Positions 47,103 through 57,007 of a stretch of 64,000 nucleotides of DNA are shown piece by piece. The translations under genes were made by a program, and so were the position numbers. This DNA is from Candidatus Omnitrophota bacterium (GTDB lineage Bacteria; Omnitrophota; Gorgyraeia; Duberdicusellales; 4484-171). The stretch's first letter is position 1, and each line of letters starts with the position of its first letter. The notes below the pieces were generated by a model. The model was given only the letters and a program-made list of their open reading frames with translations, had not been told where the DNA came from and ran no database searches. The DNA lies in assembly GCA_021735655.1 (NCBI GenBank), contig JAIPGM010000002.1, positions 256,001 through 320,000 on the forward strand, given 5' to 3'.

Positions 47103-48105
47103 AGGACAATTGTTTGGCCGCAGCAGCTGCGACCTCTTCTACGGTTATATTGCTCATACATTTATTATTTAAACAATTAAGATCATAACAAGGAATTTTA
47201 CAGTCAAAATCTTTTTGGATTATAATAACTTTTCTGCCACGGGGAGCTGTTAATTCCCTTGCTGTGGGTCCAAAAAGAGCTATCGTTGTAACACCCAAAG
47301 AAGCGGCTAAATGCGCCGGACCAGAGTCATTAGAAATAAAAAGTTCACTATTTTTTATTAAAGCACCTAACTCCTTAAGGCTGGTTTTACCGCAAAAATC
47401 ATAAGCCTTAAACTCCATATTTTTTATAACTTCATCGACAATCGACCTCTGATCTTTGGCTCCGATAAAAATTATCGCTGCCCTATGCTTCTTGATTAAA
47501 AAATCCGCAAGCCTGGAAAAATTTTTGGCTGGCCAACGCTTCAGCTTCCAATTTGCCGAAGGATTAATCCCAACAATTAAGCTATGTTTTTGTTTTAAAA
47601 CCTGCAAGGATACGTCTACCTGTTGCTGTGTTTTACGGTCAATAAAAAAAGTAGGTATTTTTTCGTTAATTACTATATCCTGACTCTCAAAAAGATTCAA
47701 ATAGTAATCCTGTCGATGAAGAAAACCTTGAGGCACTGAAACCGTTTTAGTTAAGAAAAATAAATTTTTGAGTCGCTTGTAACCAATTCGCAAGCTAATA
47801 CCAGACAACCAGCAAATAATGGCCTTAGTTGCTGAGCGATGTATAAGAAACGCCGTATCAAACTTTTTTTCTTTTAAAAACTTAATAAACCGTAACTTAG
47901 CGATCAATCCCTTCTGATTATTTTTCTCATCAAAAACAATAACTTCGTCAATAAATGGATTATCATCAAAAACGCCTCGCACTCGCTCAGGAACCATTAC
48001 CCCTAAATAAGAAGAAGGAAATTGGTCCTTAATCGCCTTAAAAACCGGGGTAGTCATTAACGCGTCACCTAACCAATTAACCGTAACTATCAGTATTCTT
48101 TCCAT
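47095..48105 (-). CDS. GT9 glycosyltransferase (heptosyltransferase family)
   Basis: VNWLGDALMTTP and a C-terminal SGPAHLAAS. Confidence 0.8.
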   Translation of the reverse strand: MERILIVTVNWLGDALMTTPVFKAIKDQFPSSYLGVMVPERVRGVFDDNPFIDEVIVFDEKNNQKGLIAKLRFIKFLKEKKFDTAFLIHRSATKAIICWLSGISLRIGYKRLKNLFFLTKTVSVPQGFLHRQDYYLNLFESQDIVINEKIPTFFIDRKTQQQVDVSLQVLKQKHSLIVGINPSANWKLKRWPAKNFSRLADFLIKKHRAAIIFIGAKDQRSIVDEVIKNMEFKAYDFCGKTSLKELGALIKNSELFISNDSGPAHLAASLGVTTIALFGPTARELTAPRGRKVIIIQKDFDCKIPCYDLNCLNNKCMSNITVEEVAAAAAKQLSCG

Positions 48106-48116
48106 TATTGCAATAC

Positions 48117-48881
48117 TTAATAAGGATGCTTGGGTTTTCTAAAAATATCATAAAAACCGCTTAATTTAGCCCAAAGCCTTACTCCGCGATCGCGATCAGT
48201 GATTTTAATCCTTCGAAGAGTGAACGGAGTTAACTTTTTAGAAAAACCACGATTGGTAGTGCAAGCACATAAATAACCTGCCAATTCAACCTCTTTTAAT
48301 GTTTGCCGATTATACCCACCAATCGTATAAGAAAAAAATTTAATCGTTTTCGAAAACAGATCCTCTAAGGCTGCCTTTGAATTTCTAATTTCATAGCTAA
48401 GCTCATTCGGCCCTAAACTCGGCAAATAAGCCTCGCTTACTGTATGAGAACCAATAGTTATTTTAGGATTCTCTAAGGCCTGGGCGATATCAACTCTTGA
48501 TAGATAGCTCGGACTATTTAACTTATCGACAATAATAAAAAATGTAGCCGGAAAATTAAATCTTTTCAATACCTCAAAAGCAACCAGATTATCTTTATGC
48601 CCGTCGTCAAAAGTTATAACCAATGACTTTTTAGGAACTGGTGCTCCGGCTCGGCGCAAGCGACAATATTCATCAAGCTCAATCACCCGATAACCATGTC
48701 TGTCGATATACTCCATCTGCTTAATAAAATTATCCGGAGCAACAGCCGCATAGTTATCTATCCTTTCTGGGTCAAGTGAATGATACATAAAAATCGGAGT
48801 TTCGTAGTTACGATTAAGATACCAAAAAAACGAAAAGAAGATAATCCATACAATTAACAAAGGAATAAAAATCTTTTTCAT
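48117..48881 (-). CDS. Polysaccharide deacetylase (NodB homology domain)
   Basis: TFDDGHKDN and downstream His motifs, with an N-terminal TM. Confidence 0.75.
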   Translation of the reverse strand: MKKIFIPLLIVWIIFFSFFWYLNRNYETPIFMYHSLDPERIDNYAAVAPDNFIKQMEYIDRHGYRVIELDEYCRLRRAGAPVPKKSLVITFDDGHKDNLVAFEVLKRFNFPATFFIIVDKLNSPSYLSRVDIAQALENPKITIGSHTVSEAYLPSLGPNELSYEIRNSKAALEDLFSKTIKFFSYTIGGYNRQTLKEVELAGYLCACTTNRGFSKKLTPFTLRRIKITDRDRGVRLWAKLSGFYDIFRKPKHPY

Positions 48882-49951
48882 TGCCCAGCCTCCTGATATA
48901 CTTTTACGGTTTCAGAAACCATACGTTGCAAGGAAAAATTAAAAACGTCCCTATAGGCCTGTTCAACGATTCTCTCTCTCAATTCTTTACCCGAAATAAC
49001 TTCCTCAATCGCCGAAGCTAAAGCAAAAGGTTTATAGTCATAAAATAAAATTCCATTTTCACCGTTCCTAATAATTTCTGATATTCCTCCAGTATTGTAG
49101 CCAACTACCGGAACCTTTTTAGCAAAAGCTTCAACCACTGAATAACCAAAACCTTCTTTTATCGAAGGAGCAATCAATAAATCTACCAGGTCAAGAAACT
49201 CCTCGGAAGTAGTTTGAATAAACTTTACATTGCGATTAAGCTCACTAGCCTCTATCGCCTCTTTTAATTCGTCTTTTAATTTACCTTCACCAGACACTAA
49301 AAGATAGGCATCCTTATGCCGGGGAAGTAATTTTTTCATTGCTTCAAGAGCTAAAAAATGTCCTTTCTCTTGAGATATTCTACCAAGAATCCCAATTAGA
49401 TAATCTCCGGATCCAAACCCATACTGCTTACGATTGATAACCTTAGGAGAAAACTCTTCGGCGTCAATACCATTATAAACCACCCGAATCTTTTTTTCAC
49501 TAATCCCTAAATCATCAACTAAGTGATGCTTTACTTTTTTACTAACAGCAATTGACAGAACTCCCGAAAACGAAAATAATTTTCGAAACAACCCCGGCTT
49601 ATAGAACCCGTGGAATGCACAAATGTAAGGAACCTGATATCTTTTCTGAATCAAAGCTCCAAGGCTTTGAGTCGCCCGAGTATTAGCATGAATTAGATCA
49701 ATTTTAGTTTTACGGATTAATCTTTTCAAAACAAAACAAGAAAACAATATTTTAAAACTAAAAATAGCCTTTGTTTTTATTGGAATATATTTATGTACTA
49801 TGCCAACTTTCACTAATTCCGGAACCCAACTCCCACCGCTTGAAGCCACGAAAACCGTATGTCCTTGTTTAACCAATCCTTTAGCTAAATTTAAAACATA
49901 GCGAGAAACTCCACCGGGATTTAGATGGGTCGCTAAAATCAGAATATTCAT
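48878..49951 (-). CDS. GT4 family glycosyltransferase
   Basis: A C-terminal EGFGYSVVEAFAKKVPVV (EX7E). Confidence 0.8.
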   Translation of the reverse strand: MNILILATHLNPGGVSRYVLNLAKGLVKQGHTVFVASSGGSWVPELVKVGIVHKYIPIKTKAIFSFKILFSCFVLKRLIRKTKIDLIHANTRATQSLGALIQKRYQVPYICAFHGFYKPGLFRKLFSFSGVLSIAVSKKVKHHLVDDLGISEKKIRVVYNGIDAEEFSPKVINRKQYGFGSGDYLIGILGRISQEKGHFLALEAMKKLLPRHKDAYLLVSGEGKLKDELKEAIEASELNRNVKFIQTTSEEFLDLVDLLIAPSIKEGFGYSVVEAFAKKVPVVGYNTGGISEIIRNGENGILFYDYKPFALASAIEEVISGKELRERIVEQAYRDVFNFSLQRMVSETVKVYQEAGQ

Positions 49952-52005
49952 TACTTAAACAAGCTCCTAAGCTTATTAAATACTTCCTGCGGTGTTATTT
50001 TTTCTAAACAAAGTGAACTTTCAGAAAATTTACATTTTGGTTTATAGCAAAAGGAACAAGGTAATTTTTGACAGAAAGTACTAAGGTTACTAGCCTCCAC
50101 AGTATGCCGACTAGGGTCAGTTGGTCCAAAAAGAGCAACCACTGGTATTCCGATAGCCATCGCTAGATGAAGAGTTGCTGTGTCGGGGGTGATAAAGACT
50201 TTAAGCCTACGCAAGGCTTGAGCTAAACCGCCAAGAGTAGTTTTGCCGCAAAGGCTGATTGGCGGAATTTTCAAAGCAGCTTCAATCTCGGTGGCTAGTT
50301 TCTTAGACTGTTCTTCACCGAAAAGCAGAACTTTAGTTCCTGGTAAATTTTTTTGAATCAATTCAATTAACCTAACAATATGTCTAGCCGGCCAATTCTT
50401 TGAAACCCAACGTGAAGAGGCCGCTATATTGATTCCAATAAGATTAGCCTCGGGTAAATTAACCTCAGCTCGATTGTTAGTTTCCCAAAAAATTAACTTT
50501 TTTTCTTTAAGCCTTACGCCCAATAATTCTAAAATTGACTCTTGAGAGCTAAGCGGATCTAAGTTACGTTTACAAGTTATTCGATTGGAGAGCAACTTAC
50601 CCCAACGAAGACTATAGCCAAATGAGTAGCGTCCAAAACTTAAAAAAGAAATTAAATGCGAAGCATGATTATTCTGAAAATCAATTATATAATCAAAACT
50701 CTCGCGACGTAAATTCTTTGAAAGCTTACAAAGATTAGTAAATTTCTTATAATTATCCTCCACGGTAATAATCTTATCGACATAAGGGCACCCGTCTAAT
50801 AAGGAATAATACTTCCTTGAAGTCAAAAGAGAAATTTTAGCCTTCGGGTAGGCTTGACGAATCGCTTTAAGCGAAGGGAAACTTAAAATAAGATCACCCA
50901 AAGAAGAAATTTTAACTACTAAAATATTTAAACCGCTAATCGTGGACTCATAAACTTTTTTGGTCTCATCTAAACATTGCTCTGAAGCATAAAACCGTTC
51001 TACCTTCCTGCGTGCGCACTCAGTAAGCCTTTGGGCATATTGCGGATCCTTCACTAGTTGTAAAATAGCTTGGCCTATTGCTTCAGAGTTTTTAGGTTCA
51101 ACCAAAATACCATCTTTACCCTGTTCAATTATCTCCTTGAATCCTCCAAGGTTGCTTGCAATTACCGGAACTCCACAAGCAAAAGCCTCAATCACCACCC
51201 GGCCAAATGACTCCTCAATTACTGAAGGTGCAATCAGGACTCGTGCTTTACTCAAAGCATCTTCGATATCTTTCTTAAAACCAATAAACTCAACATTGTA
51301 ATTTAAAGAAAAACGGCTTACCAAACTTTTCAAATAATCCAAATATCTTAGCTTAGATTTATCGGCCGAACCTATTATTTTTAACTTAAAATAAGGATTA
51401 AATCGCACCACTCGCCTAAAACCCTCTATCAAATATTCATAACCCTTAGTCGATGAAATACGCCCAATACTAACAATCAAATTACTTTGAGCTCTACTCT
51501 GATAATCACAAAAGTTAAACTTAGCTAAATCTACCCAACGTGGTATAACTTTAATCTTCTCGTCACTAACCCCAAACTGTTCCTTCATATGGCGAGCAAC
51601 TACTTTGGAAGGACAAATAACATATTTACCCCAGCCCATAACATCACTAGACAAAGGGCTTTTGTAAACACCGTGAGCCGTGGTAATAAAGTGGGTCTGA
51701 GTTGTCCGTGTTGCAAAAAAGCTTATCCAGGCTGGCACGCGGCTTCGAGCATGAACAATATCAATATTTTCTTTACGAATAATCTCTCTTAATTTTCGTA
51801 TATAGAGCAAACTAAAGATAGATTTCCTATGCACTGGTAGTTTATAGTGAGTAATACCTTGCTTTTCTAGCTCCTCAACGAGTCTCCCTCCGGAGCTAAC
51901 CACAATATTGTCCACCCCGCGGTCCTTAAAATATTTTACTAAATCGATCACTCCCCGCTCGATACCACCAATATTCATAGCTGGAAGAATCTGCATTATG
52001 CGCAT
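49951..52005 (-). CDS. Bifunctional GT4 - GT9 fusion glycosyltransferase
   Basis: Residues 1-~350 are GT4 (ESFGRVVIEAFACGVPVIAS). Residues ~355-684 are GT9 (ISSLGDLILSFPSLKAIRQAYP ... TPDTATLHLAMAIG). Confidence 0.8.
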   Translation of the reverse strand: MRIMQILPAMNIGGIERGVIDLVKYFKDRGVDNIVVSSGGRLVEELEKQGITHYKLPVHRKSIFSLLYIRKLREIIRKENIDIVHARSRVPAWISFFATRTTQTHFITTAHGVYKSPLSSDVMGWGKYVICPSKVVARHMKEQFGVSDEKIKVIPRWVDLAKFNFCDYQSRAQSNLIVSIGRISSTKGYEYLIEGFRRVVRFNPYFKLKIIGSADKSKLRYLDYLKSLVSRFSLNYNVEFIGFKKDIEDALSKARVLIAPSVIEESFGRVVIEAFACGVPVIASNLGGFKEIIEQGKDGILVEPKNSEAIGQAILQLVKDPQYAQRLTECARRKVERFYASEQCLDETKKVYESTISGLNILVVKISSLGDLILSFPSLKAIRQAYPKAKISLLTSRKYYSLLDGCPYVDKIITVEDNYKKFTNLCKLSKNLRRESFDYIIDFQNNHASHLISFLSFGRYSFGYSLRWGKLLSNRITCKRNLDPLSSQESILELLGVRLKEKKLIFWETNNRAEVNLPEANLIGINIAASSRWVSKNWPARHIVRLIELIQKNLPGTKVLLFGEEQSKKLATEIEAALKIPPISLCGKTTLGGLAQALRRLKVFITPDTATLHLAMAIGIPVVALFGPTDPSRHTVEASNLSTFCQKLPCSFCYKPKCKFSESSLCLEKITPQEVFNKLRSLFK

Positions 52006-53810
52006 TAAATTAACTCCTTTAAAGCAAAGGCTAGCTTCTCTTTATTCTTTAAAAACATATTCGAAGAGCGCAAGGTTATTGATTCTAAGTCATAGGGTGG
52101 CTTGAGAAAATTAATCTCATCCTTTATCGAATCTAAAAACACTTTATGCTTATCATCTTCAATGCCCAGCCAAACACAAACAGTAAACGGATTAATTGAA
52201 ACACTTTCTGATATCATTGAAATACTATCATTGGATACAAAAGCAATATCCGCTAAAGCATTAAAACCTTCAAAAACAAAATCGAAATTAGCTTGACTTG
52301 CCCTGACCCAAGCCTCGGTGTGAGAAAAATGATTAAACTCTTGCTGTAGATATTCCTCAACCTCCTTAGGCGTACGCCGTGAGCTACTTAAAATGATTTT
52401 ATAATTATTTTTCTCAGCAAATATTTTCAATCCAAACACGAAAGACCTTAAGTTTGTAAAAAACTCTTTTCCGTCTAACAATGGTCCACCGACAAAAAAA
52501 GAAATCTTTTTTTCTTCACTTAGTTGAAAAATACTTTTACATTTATTAATTTTATCAGTTAAATTTTCAGGATAGCAAAGTGCTCCTTTAATTGACACTG
52601 CTTGTGGGCTACGAATTCGATCATGTTCAGGAATAACTGCTAAATCAAATTTTCGCAATGGCACGTTGGGACGTAAAATAACCGCTGACCTTGCACCTAG
52701 ATATGAAGCCAGTAACTTATTAACTGGAGCAACAATGCTTCCAGTGCTTATTACAATATCCATGCAAACGCTATCTAAAGCCTGCCAGCTCTTTTTATCA
52801 ACCAACAACGAAAGCAACCTTCCGGCAAAAACCATATTTGATCCGATACAAGTTGCTAAGATATCGGCAATAAATCTATGCACTTGGCTACGGTAAGTAA
52901 TTTTAATCACTTGGCTACGTACCGGGTTTTCTCCTTCTTCCAATATTTTAAGTAAAGCTTTGGACTGCTTAAGGTGACCAATCTTACCATCGCTTAAAAT
53001 TACAACATCGCGATTTATCTTGCGCTTGAAGCGTTTATAATACCAAAAATATTCCCAGGGGTACTTTCTCAAATAATTTTCATAAATCTTATATAAAGAT
53101 CTCAGAACTTCCTTATCGTCCCTACCAACAACATCAATCGGCTTTCCAATCTCGCTTACATGATAAAAACGTTCCTTGCGATAACAAAAATCAGGAAATA
53201 TTTTTTTATTAAACTTTTTAGCTAAATATACCGACCCCCTCGGGGTAGGAACTAAATGAGAAAAAAACTCAACTACCGGTGCATCTTTTTCAGCGCCATG
53301 ATCAATAACTATGCCGATTAAATTCTTCTGCTTTAAATAGCGAATTAATTCCTTTAGGGAAAAAACTACATTGATTTTACCGTCCTGACGTACTTCATTT
53401 AAAAAACGGTCCAGCTCTTTATTTTTTTGTTGCTTGGCGAAAACAGCAAAAGTATGCTTATGAGCGAACAAAGATATTGCTGTCTCCCAATTTCCGGCAT
53501 GGATTCCGACAAAGATACCACCATCAGCAGTAAGGTTTTCCTCTCCTTTTATCGTCACATAAGGATATATCCTAGAAGCAATAAGATTTTCAATAACATC
53601 TAAAGCTAAATAACAAAAACTCCGCTTAAGAATTGAATGTACCTCTGAATAAGATTTCTCAGGAAAGGCTAATTTTATGTTTCTAAAAGCTACCCGCCGC
53701 TTGCGTGGATGGTAATAAAACCCAAGTCCGATCGTTTTTCCTAAAAACCAAATAATCCAAAGTGGCGTTTTTAATAATATTTTTTGCAGCTGCTTACAAA
53801 AACGATACAT
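52005..53810 (-). CDS. Lipid A late acyltransferase (LpxL/LpxM family) fused to an ELM1/DUF1022-like domain
   Basis: The N-terminal domain has HAGNWE (an HX4D-type acyltransferase). The C-terminal ~330 aa have ILSDGKIGHLKQSKAL and SSRRTP, the Elm1 family hallmarks. Confidence 0.7.
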   Translation of the reverse strand: MYRFCKQLQKILLKTPLWIIWFLGKTIGLGFYYHPRKRRVAFRNIKLAFPEKSYSEVHSILKRSFCYLALDVIENLIASRIYPYVTIKGEENLTADGGIFVGIHAGNWETAISLFAHKHTFAVFAKQQKNKELDRFLNEVRQDGKINVVFSLKELIRYLKQKNLIGIVIDHGAEKDAPVVEFFSHLVPTPRGSVYLAKKFNKKIFPDFCYRKERFYHVSEIGKPIDVVGRDDKEVLRSLYKIYENYLRKYPWEYFWYYKRFKRKINRDVVILSDGKIGHLKQSKALLKILEEGENPVRSQVIKITYRSQVHRFIADILATCIGSNMVFAGRLLSLLVDKKSWQALDSVCMDIVISTGSIVAPVNKLLASYLGARSAVILRPNVPLRKFDLAVIPEHDRIRSPQAVSIKGALCYPENLTDKINKCKSIFQLSEEKKISFFVGGPLLDGKEFFTNLRSFVFGLKIFAEKNNYKIILSSSRRTPKEVEEYLQQEFNHFSHTEAWVRASQANFDFVFEGFNALADIAFVSNDSISMISESVSINPFTVCVWLGIEDDKHKVFLDSIKDEINFLKPPYDLESITLRSSNMFLKNKEKLAFALKELI

Positions 53811-53812
53811 AA

Positions 53813-54832
53813 CTACTCACCCTTGCCAATAACCTTCGACCTTACCTCAGCCAAAAATTCAAGTTCATTCTCAATTTGCAGTTCTATTTCCATAACAATA
53901 ATATTAAGCTTACAACTCATAGCCGGAAGATGATATCTATCCTTACTGGTAATTATTAAGTCATGAATATCTTGCGACAATAAATCAGTTTCAATCTTTT
54001 TATATTCTAAATCCGAAAGCTCATGATGATCCGGATAGATAATTTCAGATACAAGATTCAACCCCGACTCTTTTAACTTATTAAGAAAACCTTGTGGATA
54101 TCCAATCGCCGTAAAAACTGCTACCCTTTTATTTTGAAGTTTTTTAGTCTCAATTACTTTCGAACTTAAATCGATAAATTGCCCGAGTCTATAATTAGAA
54201 AAATACAAAGAACTGTTACCTGTCAACCGCTTGATTTCTGATATAATTTTGTCGCGATCGGAAATCTCATCCGCATAGTTAATAAGCACCAAATCTGCTC
54301 TCTTTAGGGAACTCCAAGGTTCCCTAAAAAAATCTGCTGGGATTAGCTGCCGGCTTCGTGAAAACTCCCTGGCCCCGATAACAACAAGATTAAGCTCCCT
54401 TTTTAATCTACGATACTGAAATCCATCATCAAGGATCAGAATCTCAAATCGAGAACCTAACTCTTTTGCTAGGCGACACCTGTCGGGGCTTGAGTATACA
54501 TTTTGAGATATCTCTTTGAGCAGCAACTCTTCGTCCCGACCGTAGCCGCGACGCAATATCGCAACTTTAAATTCAACCGATAGTCTTTCGTTCAGCCAAA
54601 TCGCTAAAGAAGTTTTTCCTGAACCTGCCCAAGAAATATTACCGATACTAATAACTTTTGCCTGCGACCGATAAGAACTAAACATATTGTGGTCGTAGAA
54701 AAAATTACGTAAGCCTACTACAGCTCCATAAACCCAAGAAAGTATCTCCAAAAACCAATGAAAAACTATTTCCGCTGCGTTTTTTTTATCTTTTTCTAAA
54801 AAGCTCAAATAAAGCTGTTTTAATTTAAACAT
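53813..54832 (-). CDS. lpxK: Tetraacyldisaccharide 4'-kinase
   Basis: A P-loop GNISWAGSGKTS and the typical LpxK length. It lies between waaA and lpxL. Confidence 0.85.
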   Translation of the reverse strand: MFKLKQLYLSFLEKDKKNAAEIVFHWFLEILSWVYGAVVGLRNFFYDHNMFSSYRSQAKVISIGNISWAGSGKTSLAIWLNERLSVEFKVAILRRGYGRDEELLLKEISQNVYSSPDRCRLAKELGSRFEILILDDGFQYRRLKRELNLVVIGAREFSRSRQLIPADFFREPWSSLKRADLVLINYADEISDRDKIISEIKRLTGNSSLYFSNYRLGQFIDLSSKVIETKKLQNKRVAVFTAIGYPQGFLNKLKESGLNLVSEIIYPDHHELSDLEYKKIETDLLSQDIHDLIITSKDRYHLPAMSCKLNIIVMEIELQIENELEFLAEVRSKVIGKGE

Positions 54833-56129
54833 TGCCTTTATTTAGTGCTAACGACTGTAAAACTATTTTTAAATTTTTATCTAAGCTTTGTCGCTCTTGC
54901 TGAAAAACCTCATGACAACGACTGCTTAAATTCTTACGTAATGCTTCATCCTTAACTAACCTTAAGAGAACCTGTCTTAATTGCTCCTTATCCTCTACTT
55001 TAATTCCAGCCCCCTTTTCCAAAACAACTTCTTCAACATCGAGAAAGTTATCCATATGACAGCCAAAGATAGTCGGCTTCTCGAGGTAAATCGGCTCCAG
55101 GATATTGTGTCCTCCATCGGGAGATAAACTCCCGCCAACAAAACAAATATCAGCAAGACCGTAAAAATAAAATAGTTCACCTATTGTATCTAGAATAAAA
55201 ACTGGATTTTTGCTCTTGTTTGCGCCCTGCAAAAAGCAATTAGAGATTTGACTTACCTTGAAGGGTTCAAAACCTTTAAAACGAGCCAACTTTTCAACAG
55301 CTGCCACTCGTTCAGGATGCCGCGGAGCAATCAAAAACCGGAAATTACCCGACGGCTCAACAACATCTTTATATACCTCTAACAAAATCTCTTCTTCCCC
55401 GGGATGAGTACAACCAGCAACAAAAAGAAGTTTATCACTGCCCTTGAGAATTGGCTCATAAACTTTTTTGATGTTGGCGGAAACCTTTTGATCAATCGAA
55501 ATGCTTTCAAATTTCATATTTCCACTAACCACTATCTTACCTTCATCGGCTCCCAAAAAACAAAAACGCTCTTTATACATTTCATTTTGAACCGCTATGT
55601 AACTACACTTATTAATTACCACCTTAAGTACCGACCGAATTAGCTTATAGCGCTTAAAGGCCTTATCGGAAATCCTCCCGTTAATAATCAGAATTGGTAT
55701 TTTACGAGCTGCCAGCTGAAAAAAAAGGTTTGGCCAAATTTCAGTTTCAACGGCAATAAAAACCTTTGGCCGGAACACCTTTATGAAATGCTTAATAACA
55801 ATAGAAAGGTCTAAAGGAAAAAAGACTACTTGAGCGCAATCAGAATATTTATTTTTCGCTATTCTGTTTCCGGTTAAGGTCGTAGTTGATATGATAATTT
55901 GATTATCGTAATATTCCCTTATTTTTTGAATTAAACTTCCAATTACATTTGCCTCGCCAACACTAACTACCTGTATCCAGATAGCTTCTCCGGAAGCTAA
56001 ATTCTTTACTAATCCAAATTTCTGGCAAAAAGCTGAAAAATTTATTTTCTTACGCCAAATATAAACCGGAAGATAAATAATAAAACCTAGAAAAAAAATA
56101 CAATCATAAAGTAAAAGTAGTACCTTCAT
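54825..56129 (-). CDS. waaA: 3-deoxy-D-manno-octulosonic acid (Kdo) transferase
   Basis: A 434-aa ORF with QVVSVGEANV (the HAASVGE-type motif) and a GT30 fold. Confidence 0.9.
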   Translation of the reverse strand: MKVLLLLYDCIFFLGFIIYLPVYIWRKKINFSAFCQKFGLVKNLASGEAIWIQVVSVGEANVIGSLIQKIREYYDNQIIISTTTLTGNRIAKNKYSDCAQVVFFPLDLSIVIKHFIKVFRPKVFIAVETEIWPNLFFQLAARKIPILIINGRISDKAFKRYKLIRSVLKVVINKCSYIAVQNEMYKERFCFLGADEGKIVVSGNMKFESISIDQKVSANIKKVYEPILKGSDKLLFVAGCTHPGEEEILLEVYKDVVEPSGNFRFLIAPRHPERVAAVEKLARFKGFEPFKVSQISNCFLQGANKSKNPVFILDTIGELFYFYGLADICFVGGSLSPDGGHNILEPIYLEKPTIFGCHMDNFLDVEEVVLEKGAGIKVEDKEQLRQVLLRLVKDEALRKNLSSRCHEVFQQERQSLDKNLKIVLQSLALNKGNV

Positions 56130-57007
56130 CGTGCTCGTGGGTGCGCTTTTTGGTAAACGTTTTTTAAAGAATCTATCGTAAGATGGGTATATATTTGAGT
56201 AGTAGCTATTGTTGAATGACCTAAAAGCTCTTGGACACTTCGCAAATCAGCCCCTCGGTTAAGAAGATGGGTTGCGAAAGAATGCCGAAAAGTATGTGGT
56301 GACACATGTAAATTAAGCGCAGCTTTTTTTATATACTTAGAAATAATTAACCTAACTCCGCGATCGCTTAGAGGGCCGTTTCTTCGATTCACGAATAAAG
56401 CCTTAGTGTCATCCAGACGGGCATCTACGTATTGCTTAATACTAACCACTGCCGGTTCCCCCAAAGGAAGAAGTCGTTCCTTGCGCCCTTTTCCCTTAAC
56501 TTTGACAATTCCTCCAATAAGATCTACCTCATCTATTTTTAAGGCGGTCATTTCAGAAACTCGGGCCCCAGTTGAATAGAGAAACTCTAAAATTGCCTTA
56601 TCGCGAAGAACTAAAACACCATCTCCTTTAGGGAGATTCAAAACCAGGCCAACTTCTTTTTCAGTTAAAAATTTAGGTAACGGCTTATCAAGACGGGGGT
56701 AAATTAACGAAGCTGCCGGATTATTCTTCATAATACCTTCGCGTAGAATAAATTTAAAAAAACTTTTAAGAGTAGATATCTTGCGCGATATGGTTCGCTT
56801 ATCCAATCTCTTTTCACTCAAAACCCCCAGGAACTTACGTAGCAAAAAGTAATCAATGCTTTTAATATCCCTGCAGTTACGTGAGTCCAAAAATTCGGAA
56901 AACTCGTTTAAGTCCCGTTGATAATTAATAGCCGTATGCTGGGAATAATTTTTCTCAATAGTTAGATAATTAATAAATTTATCGATATAGTATGAAAAAG
57001 AGTTCAT
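56126..57007 (-). CDS. Tyrosine site-specific recombinase, XerC/XerD family
   Basis: The R..HxxR..Y catalytic set (HTFRHSFATHLL, LLGHSTIATTQIYTHL). The context is housekeeping (topA, dprA), not a mobile element. Confidence 0.85.
   Translation of the reverse strand: MNSFSYYIDKFINYLTIEKNYSQHTAINYQRDLNEFSEFLDSRNCRDIKSIDYFLLRKFLGVLSEKRLDKRTISRKISTLKSFFKFILREGIMKNNPAASLIYPRLDKPLPKFLTEKEVGLVLNLPKGDGVLVLRDKAILEFLYSTGARVSEMTALKIDEVDLIGGIVKVKGKGRKERLLPLGEPAVVSIKQYVDARLDDTKALFVNRRNGPLSDRGVRLIISKYIKKAALNLHVSPHTFRHSFATHLLNRGADLRSVQELLGHSTIATTQIYTHLTIDSLKNVYQKAHPRAR

Noticed and set aside
56126-57007. Tyrosine recombinase as a marker of an integrated mobile element or island
   Set aside because: It has XerC/XerD-like motifs and sits in an operon-like run with topA and dprA. 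No att-like repeats, phage genes or transposase genes lie nearby.
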